A DNA stretch of 64,000 nucleotides from an uncultured Acidimicrobiia bacterium (GTDB lineage Bacteria; Acidobacteriota; Terriglobia; Versatilivoradales; Versatilivoraceae). Below the pieces are notes generated by a model, which was not told the origin of the DNA, did no database searches, and was given only the letters and a program-made list of their open reading frames with translations. This document shows positions 54,590 through 64,000 of the stretch, piece by piece; the stretch's first letter is position 1, and each line of letters opens with the position of its first letter. A program made the translations under genes and the position numbers. The stretch is from positions 160,001 to 224,000 of the forward strand of contig CAWBAT010000004.1 of NCBI GenBank assembly GCA_963786955.1. Reading direction: 5' to 3'.

Positions 54590-54858
54590 CTTATAACCAT
54601 CTTTGCCGCTATTCGAGTGATTGCTTACAAATGGACACGCATCCTGTTTCGTTGTTGGAAAGAGCGGGTTCCTTATGATGAATCCAAGTATCTTCAAGCC
54701 TTGCAGCGGCGCAATCCTCAACTGTGGGTGGCCAGCCAGCAGCCGCCTCCGCCGCGGTCCAAGAAAAAGGCGGCCTGAAGGAAATTGGCTGTGAAAAAAA
54801 TGTACCGGCTTTGAGGATAAATTTACAAGTAACACTTGACAGACCACCTCAGATGTCT
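54590..54858 (+). mobile_element. Internally deleted mini-IS110
   Basis: CT|TATAAC left end, transposase C-terminus AYKWTRILFRCWKERVPYDE, right end TTGACA-N15-CT; splits a CTTGC-CT-GGGCTA REP. Confidence 0.8.
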
Positions 54859-55048
54859 GGGCTACAGTCTTACGCCCCTCCAGGGCTGAAAACCCGTTCT
54901 CTGTGCGAGTTTCCGTACCCTCTGTGTCCAGCGGAAAAGATATGGGGCACGATCAGGTTAGCAATGAAGACCCAGTCCATTGAGGCGGCTTGAGAACTCC
55001 GTAGGCGTCACGGAGCTCCACCCTCCACCCAGAGATGCACATACTCCG

Positions 55049-55624
55049 TCATCCCTGTTTTCTGTCCATTTCTCTGAGAAGCCAGACCTTGGCCAATTTC
55101 AAGTCGCGCCGAACCGTTTGGGGTGAAACCTTCAAAACCTCCGCGGATTCTTCCTCAGTCAATCCTCCGAAAAAACGCAGTTCCACGACTTGCCCCATTC
55201 GCGGGTCAGCCGCGGACAACGCGTTTAAGGCGTCGTCGAGCGCAACCAAATCGGCATCGGGCTTCTGTAAAATAACGGTGGCTTCATCTAAGGTCACCTG
55301 CTGAGCTCCGCCTCCTCGCTTCTGGTATTTTCGAGAGCGGGCAAAGTCGACCAAGATGCGCCGCATTAACTGTGCCGAGACAGCCATAAAGTGAGCTCGA
55401 TCTTGCCAGCGCACCTGGCTTGAATCCACCAACCGCAAATAGACCTCATTGACCAGCGCCGTTGTTTGCAGGGTATGGTCTGGGCGTTCGGCGCTCAAAT
55501 AATGATGCGCCAAGCGGCTTAATTCCCCGTGAACGAGAGGAATTAACTTATCCAGAGCTGCCTGCTCTCCCTGACTCCAGGCTAGTAACAGCTCAGTCAC
55601 TTCCGAGGACGGAGACCTTGACAT
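55049..55624 (-). CDS. ECF sigma factor, TIGR02999-like (unit 2)
   Basis: VTELLLAWSQGE, HTLQTTALVNEVYLRL, VELRFFGG. Confidence 0.93.
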   Translation of the reverse strand: MSRSPSSEVTELLLAWSQGEQAALDKLIPLVHGELSRLAHHYLSAERPDHTLQTTALVNEVYLRLVDSSQVRWQDRAHFMAVSAQLMRRILVDFARSRKYQKRGGGAQQVTLDEATVILQKPDADLVALDDALNALSAADPRMGQVVELRFFGGLTEEESAEVLKVSPQTVRRDLKLAKVWLLREMDRKQG

Positions 55625-55706
55625 GCTGTCCTTTCTGATCTTGCCATGTCCCAATCATATCACCAGAGCCCAGCTACTTGGTGCTTCGAAAAAAAGTCCG
55701 TTCGAC

Positions 55707-55738
55707 TTTAGCGGTTTAGGGGTTATTTCCCGCCTTAT
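55707..55738 (+). promoter_or_regulatory. Putative ECF promoter 3
   Basis: TTTAGCGGTTT...CGCCTTAT. Confidence 0.55.
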
Positions 55739-55759
55739 GCAGCAAAGGGAGAAAACATC

Positions 55760-55922
55760 TTGAGCCGCAGATTCGAAGCCTGTGGGCTCACGAAGGAACC
55801 GTCTTGACCTTCTGTCGTGGGGATGATCGTTTCGGATGCATTTAATTTTCCTTCCAAGACAGTTGGATGCAAGGCCAAGTTCTCCCATAACAGAGGCGGA
55901 TCTGCTTCGACTGCTGCCTCAA
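55760..55922 (+). ncRNA. Conserved structured leader element, copy 2
   Basis: Near-identical to 47693-47854; ends just before the AAGGAG RBS of the 55949 gene. Confidence 0.55.
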
Positions 55923-55948
55923 AGACCTTCAACTAAAGGAGAATTATC

Positions 55949-56584
55949 ATGAAAACCATTCGTTTTCAGACCCGTGTTGCCTCGTTTGTGATCAGCGGGG
56001 CGCTGCTCGCTCTGCTTTCACCTGGGCGGGTGATGGCCCAAGGAAATGCCGTGCCCAACGATTCGTCCGCCATTCTACTGAAGGGACTCTATGGGCCCGT
56101 GGTTAAAGGACCCAACCTCGGCCTGTCGATGGTGGACTTGAATGATGGTTCAACATCAAAAACAAGATCTACCCCGTTAACGGAACTCCCGGTAACGAGA
56201 ACGAAAAAAAGGCAATCGGTGACTTTTACGCGCAGTTCCCGGCGGGGGATTTGTGTGCCTACCACCTCCCGGGAGGTTCGTTTGCAATGCGCTTCTTACG
56301 GGGGGACAATGTCACTTTGTTCCCGACGGGGTCTTTGCACCACATGTAGGAACAATCGAACTGACGATCTCCAGTTTACCGCGCACAACTATATAACGGT
56401 AGACAACCTGGCAGGCACTGCCGTGATCAAAGGTTTCGTCACGGATGGGCCGCTGGCTGGCGAGCGAGTGGATGGGGAATACCGGGTCATCAGGCCCTGC
56501 GGGATCATTAATGCACAGATCGGCTCAGGCGGCGATGTTTGTTTCCAGGGCAATCTCGTCATTAGACCAGGTTCTGCGGACTAA
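55949..56584 (+). CDS. Secreted hypothetical protein, internally frameshifted and possibly chimeric
   Basis: RBS and signal peptide; 56152-56330 reads more plausibly in another frame (IYPVNGTPG..AIGDFYAQF..LCAYHLPGG). Confidence 0.55.
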   Translation: MKTIRFQTRVASFVISGALLALLSPGRVMAQGNAVPNDSSAILLKGLYGPVVKGPNLGLSMVDLNDGSTSKTRSTPLTELPVTRTKKRQSVTFTRSSRRGICVPTTSREVRLQCASYGGTMSLCSRRGLCTTCRNNRTDDLQFTAHNYITVDNLAGTAVIKGFVTDGPLAGERVDGEYRVIRPCGIINAQIGSGGDVCFQGNLVIRPGSAD

Positions 56585-56730
56585 ACTCCCGGCAAGCCAG
56601 AAAACCCCACGGCTTACTTCCCTGGGTGAACAGGTCGCGCGGCGCTCGTCGCGCGATGGACGTGGCTGAGGGCGGGGGATGGTGGTATTCACCTCCCCCC
56701 TCAGAAAATCAATCCCACCTACAAACCGTC

Positions 56731-57846
56731 TCAAGCAGCCGCCACACGATGTACCGGCCGGTAGAGTGTATCTCTTTCGACTGGGTCCCGACCGGCTTCC
56801 CGGATCAAATGCTCGATTTCCTGACGCGTCATTCCCACGGGCGTCTGAGCGCCCGCCATGTGTACGATTTTTTCTTCGACCACTGTCCCGTCCAGATCAT
56901 CCGCTCCAAAGTTCAACCCAATCTGAGCTGTCTTGGTCCCGATCATGATCCAGTAGGACTTGATATGCGCGAAATTATCGAGCATCAATCGGGACACGGC
57001 AATCGTCCGCAAGTCGAGCATGGCTGTGGGCGGAGGCAGATGGCTCAGTTGGGTGTTGGCCGGATGAAACGCCAACGGGATGAAACATTGGAAGCCCCCG
57101 GTCTGGTCTTGAAGCTCTCTCAGCCGAATGAGGTGATCGACACGTTCCTCCACTGTTTCTACATGGCCATACAGCATTGTGGCGTTCGAGCGAAGTCCCG
57201 CTTCGTGGACTTTACGGGAAATCTCCAGCCAGCGCTCGGCGGACACTTTGTGGTCACAAATGATGTCGCGTGCTCTTTCGGCAAAGATCTCCGCCCCTCC
57301 CCCCGGGCAACTGTCCATGCCAGCTTCTTTTAGCGCTTGAATGGTTTCTTCAACTGAAAGCTTTGCCCGCCGCGCCAGGAAGTCAATTTCCACCATGGTG
57401 AAGGCTTTCAGATGGACGTTCGGCAAACGCTCCTTTAATCCCCGCAAAAGGTCCGTGAAATAAGAAAACTGCAGGTAGGGATGCAAGCCTCCGACAATGT
57501 GAATCTCGGTGACCGCTTCGGTGTAACCCTCAGAAGCGTGCTGGAAAGCTTCTTCCAGGGACATCGTGTATCCACCCTTGTTGGGTTTGCGCGCAAATCC
57601 GCAGAACTTGCAGTCAACCACGCAAACGTTGGTGGGATTAAGATGGCGGTTGATGTTGAAATAACCTACATTGCCATTCAATTTTTCCCGCACCCAATTT
57701 GCCAGTTTCCCGACTGTGTGAATATCAGGGGTCGTGTAAAGCGCAACTCCATCTTGAAAAGAAAGGGGCTTCCCTTCAAACACTTTCTCGGCAATGGCAG
57801 CCAATTCTGGGCTCATCAGGCGGCTTTCAATTGAGGATGCTTCCAT
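56731..57846 (-). CDS. mqnE: Aminofutalosine synthase (radical SAM, CofH/MqnC/MqnE family)
   Basis: NPTNVCVVDCKFCGF, EIHIVGG.HP, HLKAFT..EI, PGGGAEIF, HIKSYW, DLDGTVVEEKI. Confidence 0.88.
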   Translation of the reverse strand: MEASSIESRLMSPELAAIAEKVFEGKPLSFQDGVALYTTPDIHTVGKLANWVREKLNGNVGYFNINRHLNPTNVCVVDCKFCGFARKPNKGGYTMSLEEAFQHASEGYTEAVTEIHIVGGLHPYLQFSYFTDLLRGLKERLPNVHLKAFTMVEIDFLARRAKLSVEETIQALKEAGMDSCPGGGAEIFAERARDIICDHKVSAERWLEISRKVHEAGLRSNATMLYGHVETVEERVDHLIRLRELQDQTGGFQCFIPLAFHPANTQLSHLPPPTAMLDLRTIAVSRLMLDNFAHIKSYWIMIGTKTAQIGLNFGADDLDGTVVEEKIVHMAGAQTPVGMTRQEIEHLIREAGRDPVERDTLYRPVHRVAAA

Positions 57847-58078
57847 ATCGGTTCTATCTCACCGGCTTAGCAGAGCGCTAAAAACATCTAAGATCTGAAG
57901 AAATCATTTGTATCTGTGGTGGCTGACCACGGATAAAGCTGTAACCGGGCCCGTTGGTCCCGGCAATACAATACGGGCCGGCTTCACCGAAGCCGGCTAC
58001 AACACTGACATTCATGGCCATCTTAGCGTATGCCCTTCAGAAGTGTCAAACAGCTGAAAAGCCTGGCGTGCTAACGGC

Positions 58079-58262
58079 GTGGGGGCGAAGCATTCGATGC
58101 CATATAATATTTTCGTCTCTTCGCCCTTCTACCGAATGCTTCGCCCCTACGGCCAGCGGCGCCTACCATAAGGTTGTGGTGCGGGCGTTCTCGCATCCTG
58201 CCCGCTGTGGCGGCCTTTCCAGGCCGCATGGAGACAGGCGAGGACGCCTGCGCTCCCAGGGC
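58079..58262. repeat. REP doublets (GGGGCGAAGCATTCG/CGAATGCTTCGCCCCTAC; GTGGTGCGGGCG family)
   Basis: Inverted pairs; a related copy lies at about 43610-43665. Confidence 0.7.
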
Positions 58263-58589
58263 AACCCTGCTAGAGCCGGTTTCTGATTGCAAAGCGATGC
58301 TCATCCCGCTATTGTTTTTCTGCACCTCTACTGGGGGCGGGGGAGAAAAGTCAACTTAGGTGATAGTTTTACCCCCAGTCGCGCATTCATCGAGCGTGCG
58401 CGGGGGGACAGCGGTCCCACGCGCCCGCTCCACCTGGTGGCGTGCTTACGCGCTTCCTCTGAACTATGCTCGGTGGCCCTTACAGGGCCAGAGACCCAGG
58501 CCAGTGCCGTTCAACAAGCTCCCCTGTGTCAAGCACAAGAATTGCGGAACACGTTCAGCTCATCAAGAGGGACTGCGAGGATTGCTTTG

Positions 58590-59433
58590 TTGGAAGAAAA
58601 CTTCAATTTAGGGCATTTTGACGGCCTGCAATTACAGTGCACTCTCAGGCTTCCGCAGCCGAAAGGAAAACATCGGCTTGTCCTCGTTGCCCCCGGCTTT
58701 CTGGGATTTAAGGATTGGGGATTTTTCCCCTATCTTTGCCAGCAGCTTTGTCTTTCGGGATTTGCCACGCTCTCGTTTACCCATGCGCTCGCCGGCATCC
58801 GCGAGAATCCCTATGAAATCACTGACCTGGAAATTTTCTCCAATAACTCAACGACTCAAGAACTCAATGACTGGGAATTAGTCCTCGACGCCATTCTTGG
58901 CCAGCGTTTTCCATATTCCCAATATTTACAAGTGAATGCCTTTGGCGTGATGGGTCACAGTCGCGGAGGCAGTTACGGAATCCTGATGGCTCGAAAAACG
59001 CCACAAATCCAGTCGGTCGTGACCTGGGGGGGAATTGCAACCTTTCAACGGTACGATCGAGACACGCAAAAGCGGTGGCGCGCGCAAGGTCGACTTGAGG
59101 TCGGCAAGACTTTTTCGGGCAAATCCATTGAGCTGAAGGTCAAAGCGTTGGACGCTTTGGACCGCAACTACGACCGGCTCGATGTGGAGCGGGCAATTCG
59201 AGAGTTAGCGATTCCGGTACTGCTTTTACATGGTCGCGAGGACAAAAGAGTGTGTTGGAAAGAGTCGCAAAAACTTTGGGAGCGTTCGCTGCGTGAATCT
59301 GTCTCAATTTCACATCATTGAGGCAGCCGGTCACACCTTCAGAACGCAACATCCCTTCAAATCCTCCTCACAACCTCTCGCCGAAGCTGTGAATAGAACG
59401 ATCCGCTGGTTCGAGAAAACACTTCACGCCTAG
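58590..59433 (+). CDS. Alpha/beta hydrolase, frameshift near 59290 (start approximate)
   Basis: GFLGFKDWGFFP, GHSRGG, HGRED; the shifted frame supplies AGHTF. Confidence 0.8.
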
Positions 59434-59643
59434 GATAGAAGAATTTGCTGGCGCAGAGTTACACTATAAGATTGTGGGTCTTCCAAATGGATGTTACCGA
59501 AAAACTGTCAACGGGGAAAAAATATACAAGTATTCTGCCGATTCCGGTGAAACGCGCGCTCCGTCGCGCGTTCATCGAGCGTGCGCGGGAGCGCCCGCTC
59601 CACCATCCGGAAACAGTTCCGTAGGCCGCGTTCCCAGGCGGAC

Positions 59644-60933
59644 CTATTCTTCAAACACTCGCAGTAAGTCTGAAGCTTTCACGACTCCTACGATCTTCCC
59701 ACCATTTTGAGTGACGATCAGGAAATTCTTGTTGCCGGCCAGCATCTTCTGAATCGCTTCGGACACCGAGGCCGTTTGCTCCACCGTCATAACGCTCGTT
59801 TCCATGATTTCCGCAACACGCCGGCTGAGGCGCGCGGCGATTGGCAAAGAAGCGACATGAGCTTCGGCCGCTTCGAAATTCAGGAAGCGATGGTTGATAT
59901 AAGAAAAGAACTCGGTCGTCGAGATCTTCGATTTCCAAATCGTCATCGGCATGAGCGGTTTCCCTTCAATGAAGGCCACATAGCAATCCAATAGGGTTTG
60001 CTTGGTTTTCTTGTCAATGGAAAGCAAATAGCGCAAGGAGCTATCTGGCACCATGTCGACTTTCTTTTCTGGAATCGTACTTAAATAAATCAGACGATGA
60101 ACATCCTCCAAACTGGTATTCAAACCTTTCCAATTTTGTCCGATCATTTGGGATAAGAGGTTATCCTGGTCAGAATATTTCGGGACATACTTCTCCAGGG
60201 TGTCAATGGCATCTGCCAGAAAGACCCCCAGGGCCACATCGCGATCAAAAAGCATGCCAGCACTAACAATCGCGGCGTCGTCAGAGTGACCAGGGCCGAG
60301 CCGGTCGCGGATGTAAAAGTAACGAACGAATTCCGACTCCTGATAATTGCACTTTTCCGGAGGAACAATCATTCCGATGTCCTCGTAATTTTCAATCTCG
60401 TCGGCATGCGGTTCGTGGGCCAATTTTTCACCATCTAGATTGAGATGCTTCATGAGACGCAGGTCTACAAAATGGCAGCGCCCTCCTCCAATCTTAATGT
60501 TGTATTCTTTCTCGACGTCTTTTCGAATCTCACTGTCGTCCCGCAACCCTCCAAGGTACAACCCCTTGAGTATGGATTCCGGATTGACGCTGAGGTTCTT
60601 GAACCGGCCTGCTCTGAGAAAGGGCTGCCCTTCCCCATTCGCCAATCGCGTTGCCGCTTTTCCTTCAATGGCCTGCTGGGCATAGCGAACGATCTCGTCA
60701 ATCAACGCTTGCCGGTAGGCCTTCACCTGTTCCGGGTCATTTTGGAGCGCCGTGACGATGTCGGATATCGTAATATTCACAAAACGCCGCTTATGAAACA
60801 TGCTAGCGCCATTATGGGCATGTCCTTCGATGGACTGCATGAGGATGGCGTCCTCGGATTCTTTAGAAACGTCCAATTCCGAAGTCTTGGAAAGGTGATC
60901 AAAATCCTGCTGTACGAGTTCTTCAAAGTCCAC
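59644..60933 (-). CDS. Hypothetical protein with a C-terminal CBS domain
   Basis: VAEIMETSVMTV..GKIVGVVKASDLL; N-terminal ~370 aa not recognised. Confidence 0.75.
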   Translation of the reverse strand: MDFEELVQQDFDHLSKTSELDVSKESEDAILMQSIEGHAHNGASMFHKRRFVNITISDIVTALQNDPEQVKAYRQALIDEIVRYAQQAIEGKAATRLANGEGQPFLRAGRFKNLSVNPESILKGLYLGGLRDDSEIRKDVEKEYNIKIGGGRCHFVDLRLMKHLNLDGEKLAHEPHADEIENYEDIGMIVPPEKCNYQESEFVRYFYIRDRLGPGHSDDAAIVSAGMLFDRDVALGVFLADAIDTLEKYVPKYSDQDNLLSQMIGQNWKGLNTSLEDVHRLIYLSTIPEKKVDMVPDSSLRYLLSIDKKTKQTLLDCYVAFIEGKPLMPMTIWKSKISTTEFFSYINHRFLNFEAAEAHVASLPIAARLSRRVAEIMETSVMTVEQTASVSEAIQKMLAGNKNFLIVTQNGGKIVGVVKASDLLRVFEE

Positions 60934-61090
60934 GTTGGGTTACCCCCGCTTAGTTGGGCTTTATTTTCTTTCCCGGCAAAAACTCTTTAATGAACTTGTG
61001 GTAGTAATACAAACGCGTCATGTATTGTTACGAATCACCCACACCTCGCTTTGTTCAGCGTGGCTACCCAAGCGAAATTGCGACGCCAAT

Positions 61091-62158
61091 TTAATGCGTT
61101 TGTAGCATTTCCTCAGCCCGGTGGAGTTGTCCGCAAGCCGCATAAATATCCGCTCCACGCGGGCGACGAATGAAGACCGGAATGTCTTTGGTTCTCAGAA
61201 TCTCCTGAAATCTTTTGATCCGTTCTGGTGGTGAAGGCTGGAGATAACTTCCCTTCCCAAGATTCATAGGCAGCAGATTGACTTTAGAACGGATCTTCGA
61301 CAGAAGCTTCGCTAGCCGGCGTGCGTCTTCATCTGTGTCATTGACCTTGTCGATCAGGACATACTCAAAAGTGATCCTTTGACGAGGACGCAACGGAAAT
61401 TGCGCACAAGCATGCATCAGTTCCTCGATGGGGTACTTTCGATTGATGGGCATCAGCTCATTTCTCACCTCGTCGGTGGTTGCGGAAAGTGAGATGGCAA
61501 GATTCGGTAACACTGGGGCTTTTGCCAATTCAAGAATCTTCGGCACTAATCCTACCGTCGAAAGCGTGATGTGACGAGGGGAAATCGCGAGACCGTCCTT
61601 GTCTCCCATCAGGAGTAGCGCTTTACATACATTCTCCAAATTCAATAGGGGTTCCCCCATCCCCATCAAGACAACATTGATGGCTTTGGGAGTGGTCTGA
61701 ATCCCTTGCGTCGTCTGGTCATTCAGAATTGAAAGAATCTGTCCGACGATTTCTCCCGCCGTCAAGTTCCGGGCAAAGCCAATCAACGCCGTCAAACAAA
61801 ATTTGCAGTCCATCGGGCAACCGACTTGGGTCGAAATGCAAAGCGTGTTCCGGCGCTCTTCCGGAATAAGAACGGATTCAATCTTCTGCCCGTCGGCTAA
61901 CCGGAACAAGTATTTCGTCGTACCATCATTGGAAAGCTGGCGGGTATGGACTGCGGGAAGGGTAATAGTGGCAGCTTGGGGCAATCGCTCCCGAAGGGTG
62001 TGCGGAATTCCTTTCACTTCAACAAAAGTAAATTTTCTCCTGTGATAGATAGATTCGTAGATCTGTTGACCATGAAAGGCCTTCTCTCCAATCGATGTCA
62101 GATAATCACGCAGTTCTTGGCAATTCAGTCCCAGCAATTCCTCAGCAGTAGTTTTCAT
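61091..62158 (-). CDS. rlmN: 23S rRNA A2503 C2-methyltransferase
   Basis: CISTQVGCPMDCKFC, MGMGEPL, AACGQL. Confidence 0.97.
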   Translation of the reverse strand: MKTTAEELLGLNCQELRDYLTSIGEKAFHGQQIYESIYHRRKFTFVEVKGIPHTLRERLPQAATITLPAVHTRQLSNDGTTKYLFRLADGQKIESVLIPEERRNTLCISTQVGCPMDCKFCLTALIGFARNLTAGEIVGQILSILNDQTTQGIQTTPKAINVVLMGMGEPLLNLENVCKALLLMGDKDGLAISPRHITLSTVGLVPKILELAKAPVLPNLAISLSATTDEVRNELMPINRKYPIEELMHACAQFPLRPRQRITFEYVLIDKVNDTDEDARRLAKLLSKIRSKVNLLPMNLGKGSYLQPSPPERIKRFQEILRTKDIPVFIRRPRGADIYAACGQLHRAEEMLQTH

Positions 62159-62687
62159 CTATACAACTCTATTTATTTCAACAGGTTGAAGCTATTTTTC
62201 CGAGAAGCATCGATCTTATCTTCATTACGCCCTGCCTGTCATGATAACAAAAGACCAGGTTCCAGCGCATATGCATTCTTGAGCACAAAGAATTTAGGTT
62301 CATGGTGATCTACGATTTTTTCAGCAAATGCGCAATTAAACCCTTAAAGATGGGTGAAAAGAAAGGCTGCGGACAAAACCTGAGAATCGAAGAAACGCTC
62401 CTTAAATTTATGAAAATAAATGACATAAAAAAGTGAAGGATTTGACCCACCTTGCCTGGGTTTTGAATACTGAACCGAGTGCAAAAGTAAGTCGTTGACT
62501 TCATTGACCCAGATGGCAAGGCAGAGGAACCTGGCCTTATTGAGGTTGAAATAGCCCCATCGATATGTTACTTTGGCTGTGAAGCAAGACTGGTAGCCAC
62601 TTTCAGGCGAGCCTGCCACGCGGATCGGTCTTCACTAGAGTCTTGCACGCCGCCCTGTTTCAAACTCCATTTCAGGAAATCCTTCAC

Positions 62688-63956
62688 ATGATCAACGTCA
62701 GCAAGGAAGTCTTTGCAAATGGACTCACCATCGTTACTGAACGAATGCCCCACGTCCGTTCCATCTCGCTAGGGATATGGCTCAAGATCGGTTCGCGGAG
62801 CGAAACACCCGAAGTAAATGGGGTAGCCCATTTCATCGAGCACCTTCTCTTCAAGGGCACAGCCAATCGAACTGCCGAAGAAATTGCTCGACAAGTGGAT
62901 TCGATCGGCGGCCATCTTGACGCATTCACGGCCAAAGAAACCATTTGTTACAGCACCAAAGTCCTAGACGAGCACCTCCCCATTGCCTTTGATATTCTTT
63001 CTGATTTGCTGCTGAACCCAAAGTTCGATGTGAATGACATGGAAAAGGAACGCGGCGTCATTTTAGAAGAAATCAAGATGGTTGAAGACACCCCCGACGA
63101 TCTGGTTCATGAGATCTTCATGCAGAATTTCTGGAAAGACCAACCGTTGGGACGTCCCATTCTCGGCACCAAACAGACCGTCGGCAAGTTAGACAGAGCG
63201 CGGGTTATCGAATTCTTCAACCAGTTTTACACTCCGGGCGGCATTATCATCGCAGCGGCCGGGAATTTGGAACACGAGAAGGTGGTGGAGCTAGTCCGAG
63301 AAAAATTTGGCAACGTGGAACCTCGAAGCAATGGCCATGTAGACGCTCTAGCTCATACCCATAGCCGCATTACCTTGCGCAGCAAGAAAGAACTCGAACA
63401 AGTGCACATCTGTCTCGGAGTACCTTCCTACCCTCTTTCTCATCAAGAGCGTTATGGTTGTTATATCTTGAACACCATACTTGGTGGCGGAATGAGTTCC
63501 CGCCTCTTTCAGAATATTCGTGAAAAGCTAGGATTGGTGTACGCCATTTTTTCAGGATTGAATCCCTACCGAGACACGGGCTGCCTCTCGGTTTACGCAG
63601 GGACATCTCTCGAAAGCACCGAGAAAGTTATCGACATGATCGTTGCCGAGTTTCGGAATTTGAAAAAAATTCCGGTTGAACCGGAGGAATTGCGCCGGGC
63701 AAAAGACTACTTGAAAGGCAGTTTGATGCTCGGTCTGGAATCCACTTCCAGCCGGATGTCAAACTTGGCTCGTCAGGAAATGTATTTCGGGAAAACCATT
63801 ACCTTGGACGAGATGATCAGTCAAATCGAGTTGGTCACCCCGAATGAGATTCAAGGATTGGCCCATACCTTTTTCGACACAAAGAGCATTGCCTTGACGG
63901 TTCTGGGGAATCTGGATGGATTCAAAATTACACGCGAGCGCTTGGACTGCAATTAA
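62688..63956 (+). CDS. M16 family zinc peptidase
   Basis: AHFIEHLLFKGT (HxxEH), GGGMSSRLFQNIREKLGLVY. Confidence 0.95.
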   Translation: MINVSKEVFANGLTIVTERMPHVRSISLGIWLKIGSRSETPEVNGVAHFIEHLLFKGTANRTAEEIARQVDSIGGHLDAFTAKETICYSTKVLDEHLPIAFDILSDLLLNPKFDVNDMEKERGVILEEIKMVEDTPDDLVHEIFMQNFWKDQPLGRPILGTKQTVGKLDRARVIEFFNQFYTPGGIIIAAAGNLEHEKVVELVREKFGNVEPRSNGHVDALAHTHSRITLRSKKELEQVHICLGVPSYPLSHQERYGCYILNTILGGGMSSRLFQNIREKLGLVYAIFSGLNPYRDTGCLSVYAGTSLESTEKVIDMIVAEFRNLKKIPVEPEELRRAKDYLKGSLMLGLESTSSRMSNLARQEMYFGKTITLDEMISQIELVTPNEIQGLAHTFFDTKSIALTVLGNLDGFKITRERLDCN

Positions 63957-64000
63957 ACGATTGAATTGATTTGACAGTTGCTGAAGACTAGCCTAATTAT

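Noticed and set aside
58287-58589. N-terminal 100 aa of the hydrolase ORF
   Set aside because: Runs through a REP element; a later start is more plausible
62500-62650. Possible riboswitch upstream of the M16 peptidase (CAAGACT..AGTCTTG stem)
   Set aside because: No recognisable aptamer consensus; a single stem is insufficient

Overview
Bacterial chromosomal window of moderate GC. The gene content (TIGR02999-type ECF sigma factors paired with Ser/Thr kinases, HD-GYP/GAF/GGDEF proteins, mqnE) suggests Acidobacteriota, which is an inference. A housekeeping backbone (hisC, proS, glyA, def, rpe-zwf-rpiB, mqnE, rlmN, M16 peptidase) is interleaved with accessory blocks and many REP-like palindromes. 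Highlights: (1) a repeat-bounded GC-rich cassette encoding an SBP56/methanethiol-oxidase-like His-rich lipoprotein plus an MbnH-like di-heme enzyme and MbnP; (2) an IS110 whose ends, junction promoter and bridge-RNA guides can be read directly, plus a 269-bp mini-IS110; (3) two tandem kinase/ECF/secreted-cargo units anchored at the mqnE 3' end, sharing a putative ECF promoter motif and a highly conserved ~165-nt structured non-coding leader, with a REP doublet inserted in frame in the kinase activation loop. Several single-base frameshifts may be sequencing errors. No tRNA, rRNA or CRISPR array was seen. All calls are by eye; no searches were run.
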